Position numbers and translations under genes: made by a program. A model generated the notes under the pieces. It saw only the letters and a list, made by a program, of their open reading frames with translations. It was not told where the DNA came from and ran no database searches. A DNA stretch of 64,000 nt from Penicillus capitatus (taxonomy: Eukaryota > Plantae > Chlorophyta): contig OZ287699.1 in NCBI GenBank assembly GCA_965649825.1, positions 1,208,477-1,272,476 of the forward strand, given 5' to 3'. Below are positions 59,691-64,000 of this stretch, piece after piece (the first letter of the stretch is position 1; the number at the start of each line of letters is the position of its first letter).

Positions 59691-62600
59691 TCAGTCATGG
59701 GGTAAATTCGACGCATCTTCTAGTCGATGCTTCATAAGTGCAACCTCACTCTTTGCAGCACAAAAGAGTGAGAAAACTGAAGAGAGGTATGATTTGCACC
59801 TCGAGGTCGGCTTTCTCACGAACAAGATGCTCGAGCTGACCGTCGAGTGTCTTACATCGCTTCCGCAAGTGTTCGCACATCTCTTCGTTCTTTCTGCATT
59901 CGGCATCAGATACAGACGCTTGTTCTCGCCACTTTGAAATCTCCTAAAGGAAATCCTTCAGCAAAAACCTGGAAACGTCGATCGGACATTTTCTCTGTTG
60001 CGTCTGTCCTGCAGATCTCTGCTCCTCTGATTCTGTTGAGATATGTTCGAGCGCAACGTCTGCACTTCATTCTGCGAGGCATCCAACAGAAACTCCATAT
60101 GCTGTATCCTGTTTTGCAGAGATTCTCGCTCGCTGCGTCCCTTTGCGTGCTCATCTGCTATGGCGGAAGCGACATCTCTCTCTGTCTGTGTCCTCAAGGT
60201 CTCGATCCTGTGCTCTGCTTCCAGAAGTTGCTGCTGAAGCGATCTGTTTCGGAGAACCCACTGTCAGATTCGCGACACCGCATCGACATCCTTCTTTACT
60301 TGTTGAGATCTTGCATGTCTGCTACAGATGCGAGACTGTGGGGGTCTCTCGAAGCTCGATGCACGACATGTGATGCAAAGGGATCCGTCCTTATCCTGTC
60401 GTTCTCAACAAGCAATGACTGAACCTGCATTCACACATCGTCTTGTTCAGTTCTCTGTTATTCTGCAGAAAGGAGAGAACTTGTTTAGAAAGATTCTGAG
60501 TCATGGATTGCTGATTCTGAAGCTCTGCTTTGAGAAGAGCAGCTTCCGTCTCGATCGATGCCTCTTCGGGGTGTTCTTGCCGAACACGGACACAGGCGCC
60601 GGCAGCCGATTCTCTCAGCTTCTGAATTCTCTAAGTCTGTTGTGTCGGACACACTGTCTCTTCCTGAAGAAGCCTCTTACCTTCTGCAATCTCCAGTTTT
60701 CTGATTGAAGTTCTGCGATGAGTGCATTTTTGGCCACCCGACTAGATCGAACGAGTTCCACATATGCTTCCTTATAGTCTGAATCCGAACGCTCTTTGCT
60801 CAACTTAGCAACCTGATTCAGAACGCATCGATTCTGGAGAGTGAGAGGAAGAGAGCCACTGTTTGGATGTGTCTCATGACGAGTTCATCATGAGGAAGAT
60901 CATGTACGCCAGTTAGATCCACATCATCCTCGCGTTCCGTAAGCTTCCTACGCTTTGATCGATTCAAGGGAAAGACCAAAGCATCACCTGGTACATTCGA
61001 TGCAGGTTATGCATTCAATGGCAGGATCAGACAGACCCTTTAGATGTTCGACATGTTGTTGCAATTCCTCGATCTGCGATTGCTTGATCTGTTCTTCAGC
61101 TGCTGCCCTATTGCTGGATTCCTACAAAAGCATCACACTTCTCAAAACCTGGTCATAAGAGTGGAAATAAGAAACTTGAAGCTTCGCTTTGAGGTCGACG
61201 TTTTCTCCTTTGAGCTTTTCACATTCCGTCAATGTCTGTCGGAATTTCTCTGTCACTTGATCCTTTGTTCTCTCCGCTGTTTGCAGATCTTCCTTGAGCT
61301 TTACGACCTGTTAGGAAGATTGGCGATTTGCTAGCGTGGCTCAAAGAGTGACCTTCTTCATCCACTCTTCCCTTTCATGTCCATTGAATTTTTCTGAGGC
61401 CGTTAGACGTTTCTGCAGATTGTCCCTCGACGTGGTCAAGAGATGCACTGTTTGTTCGTGCATGCTCTTCAGCGTCTTGACCTCGACATCGACACACTTG
61501 AGCTGTTTATACTCTCTGTACAATGAAGATGTCTCTAGCTGGTGAGCCTCCAGTTCCTTCACTTGGTCCAGGAGCTTCTCCACATGTTCTGCCTGATCCT
61601 CAATTTCCTGAAAAATGTATGACAACGACGGATGATCACATGCTTGCATGCTTACTTGGTCCTTAGTCTGAACAAGAATAGCTTGGTTCTCAAGGTCGCT
61701 TTTGAGTCGGTGTATCGATTCTTCGAGCGTCTGGCACTGCTCCTGCGATTGACTTAGATCTTGCAGGAGCTTTTCGCGTTCTTCATCCCACTTGGATGCA
61801 TTTTCCTTGTGCTCTTTTTCCAGTGTCTCGATAAGCTCCTGCTTTTCCAGAAGCTCTGAAGCTGTCTGTGCAATCTCCTCACGCAATGCCCTCAACTCCT
61901 GTCGAAGCAGGAAAGCTAACATTCGTCACACATGTTCGCTTCCCATGTCCTCCTTTCTTTACTTCAGCATGCACGGTCGTCGCATGTTCAAGGCTGTCTT
62001 TGTCCCGTTCCTTCTCTAGCTCGAGTTGGCGCACGGTCTAAAGTGAGTTGGATGCGTGAGATGACATAGTATGACAGAAACAGAGGCACCTCGTTCAATT
62101 CTTCCATAGTCTTCTGGATTTCTTGCAGTCTCTGTTCTTTGACGTCACTCTCTTCTTTGACAACATCCAGCTCCTGATGTGACAACCAGAGTCCATCAAA
62201 CATAGCATGTCGATAAGACACCGTCGATCTATCACCTTACGAAGCTGCTCCGTTTCTTGATCGATCTTTTCCGCATCTTCCAGTAAAGTCTCATCACAAA
62301 TCTGATCCTGAGTAGCGTGTTCAGTCAGATTCTCTCTCACACATCGCACACTTGTGTTTGAGTCACTTCTTGTTGATCGGCATTCTCTGAGAGAATAGAA
62401 GCAGATACTGCCTGGCTATACCCGCCCTTCTCCTCATCTTCGATCGACTGCAGACAATCAGATACTCTTCACCTTTGTCATGTCCATGGGCTCGGAGACA
62501 GACCGAGATCTGCTTGTCACTTTCAAACACTTGAAGATTCAAGACAACAGGCGGCACAGATGTCGTGTCCATTTCCGGCCTCGCATTGAGATCCTTTATG

Positions 62601-63001
62601 CATGCATCTTCTTGTGAGGAATGTGAGACTGATCTTGTACTTACTTCCACAAGCTGCTGCCATTCTTCCGTCTTCCTCTGAAGCTGAGCCGTGAGGAGTG
62701 ATTTCTCAACCGCAGCTGACCGTAACTCCTGTATCAGCGCGTCGCCGATCACTTCATTGGTATGTACTGCGTAAGCGTCGTGCCTTTTGAATGGTATCTT
62801 CTCTCTGTGCGGATTCTTCGAGTTGTCTTTGGAACTCGACGCGATTTCGTGTCACTTGTGCCTCCAACTTCTGTCTCCGGAGAACGAAAAAACGAATCGG
62901 ACGACGAAAGGAATAGAGTCGTGCGAGACCGCCAGGGTTTGGCGACACGATATCAGTTCCGCTCTCTGTTTCTCTAGAGCTTCGACGGAAGGATGCTGCA
63001 T
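59691..63001 (-). CDS. Long coiled-coil protein of unknown family; many introns, ends approximate
   Basis: Successive Glu/Gln/Leu/Lys heptad exons (LREEIAQTASELLEKQELIETLEKE..) separated by about 50-nt GT/GC-AG introns. Confidence 0.65.
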
Positions 63002-63053
63002 GACGATCGACTCGAAGCATGTACGACAGTATGACACTCTTTCGCCGTCATCG

Positions 63054-64000
63054 ATGCGTCTCCTCGTTCGTGGGCGACATCGTTACATTCCGGTGACCTC
63101 ATGCCGCTCGCATTTCGATAGGACGATAGGACGATCACTCGGTGCAGATCGATGCCGACGATGTTTGGACGCCAAAGGAGTTGGCACGAGCGGTGGCGAA
63201 CGAAGAAGGCGAGGATCATTTGGTTGATCCTGGATCACATGTGCTACAGGAGTGGATCGTCAATGCGTCGCGTTGCGACATGGAGGTCGAGATTTGCTCC
63301 ATGCACGCTGGAACGACGTCAGTCTGAAGGAACTTTTTATCGGTTTCTGCTACAGTGATAACGATTGAGTGGCTTTTACAATTGAGTGCTGCTACAGTGA
63401 TGATGCCGATGTGCGTGCGTTCGCCTGCACTGATCTCTCGTAATGCCATCCTTCGATTTGCAGGTCGTTGTGGATGCCGAGATCGGCGATGATCATACAT
63501 GCATCATTTATCTGCGCGATGATTCTCACTCTAAGATTGTCTGCGAAACGGTGCTTGATACAATGACCTGTGGCGAGATCGCCACGCTCTTAATGCAACG
63601 CAACTTGGCAGTCCGATTTGAGAAGGATTTCGCAGTTTATGCCTTCAACGCGAAAGGAAAGACCGTTCAGGTCACTCTTCTTTCTACAGCATTCAACTCC
63701 GAAACACATTTGTTTTGCAGTTGCCTGCAGACACGCGTGTCAAATATCTTGTGAGTGATCCAGAAGTAAAAAAAGTGAGCACGACATCTGCGGCACCATT
63801 GGTCGACTTCGTGTGATCACAGGATCAATTTCCGACCTTTTTCTGTTCGCAAGATGGTCACCTGCGCATATGGTTTCCCGATCACATATGTTGCTTTCGA
63901 GAAGAGGATCTTTGAGCCATGCCTTTGGCAAAAAACTCGGACATCCTCGAACCAGATTCGAGACCGAGACGATCAACTGATAGGCTTTAGACTATCTCCC
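63054..64000 (+). CDS. Uncharacterised spliced protein, possibly tandem ubiquitin-like/Ras-association folds; runs off the window
   Basis: Exons MRLLVRGRHRYIP|DDHSVQIDADDVWTPKELA.. and CIIYLRDDSHSKIVCETVLDTMTCGEIATLL..FAVYA. The fold call is an impression only. Confidence 0.45.

Noticed and set aside
1-64000. Hundreds of short ORFs and TTG/GTG starts in the ORF track
   Set aside because: The DNA is intron-rich eukaryotic; these are exon fragments or antisense noise.
1-64000. Non-canonical code (TAA/TAG read as Gln) known from some ulvophytes
   Set aside because: Conserved exons contain no in-frame TAA/TAG, and Dicer, RPC9, NEDD1 and PLAC8 end at TAA/TAG at plausible C-termini.

Overview
Eukaryotic nuclear DNA, so the ORF track breaks most genes at short (about 45-60 nt) GT-AG introns. 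The organism is most likely a green alga, given nuclear-encoded plastid BCCP and ABC1K1 and plant-type Dicer-like, NEDD1 and VPS13 genes; a finer placement cannot be shown here. 1-38 kb and 58-64 kb are very compact housekeeping DNA: Dicer-like; five minus-strand genes for probable organelle proteins (mTERF, ABC1K1, ABC1-beta-lactamase, alpha/beta hydrolase, PfkB kinase); Maf; VPS13; one 5S rRNA gene directly upstream of Pol III subunit RPC9; NEDD1; PLAC8; BCCP; a coiled-coil protein. 38.9-57 kb is an accessory island: secreted proteins including a catalytically dead trypsin fusion, a pol-less LTR element with a nested Tc1/mariner-type element, and a roughly 2,100-aa NLR-like protein (helical N-terminus, NACHT, 23 HEAT repeats with hypervariable positions). 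Top leads: the variable-repeat NLR-like receptor; operon-like gene packing including an ATGA stop/start overlap and head-to-head genes with abutting start codons; and the 5S-RPC9 linkage. Gene models were spliced by eye and need RNA confirmation.
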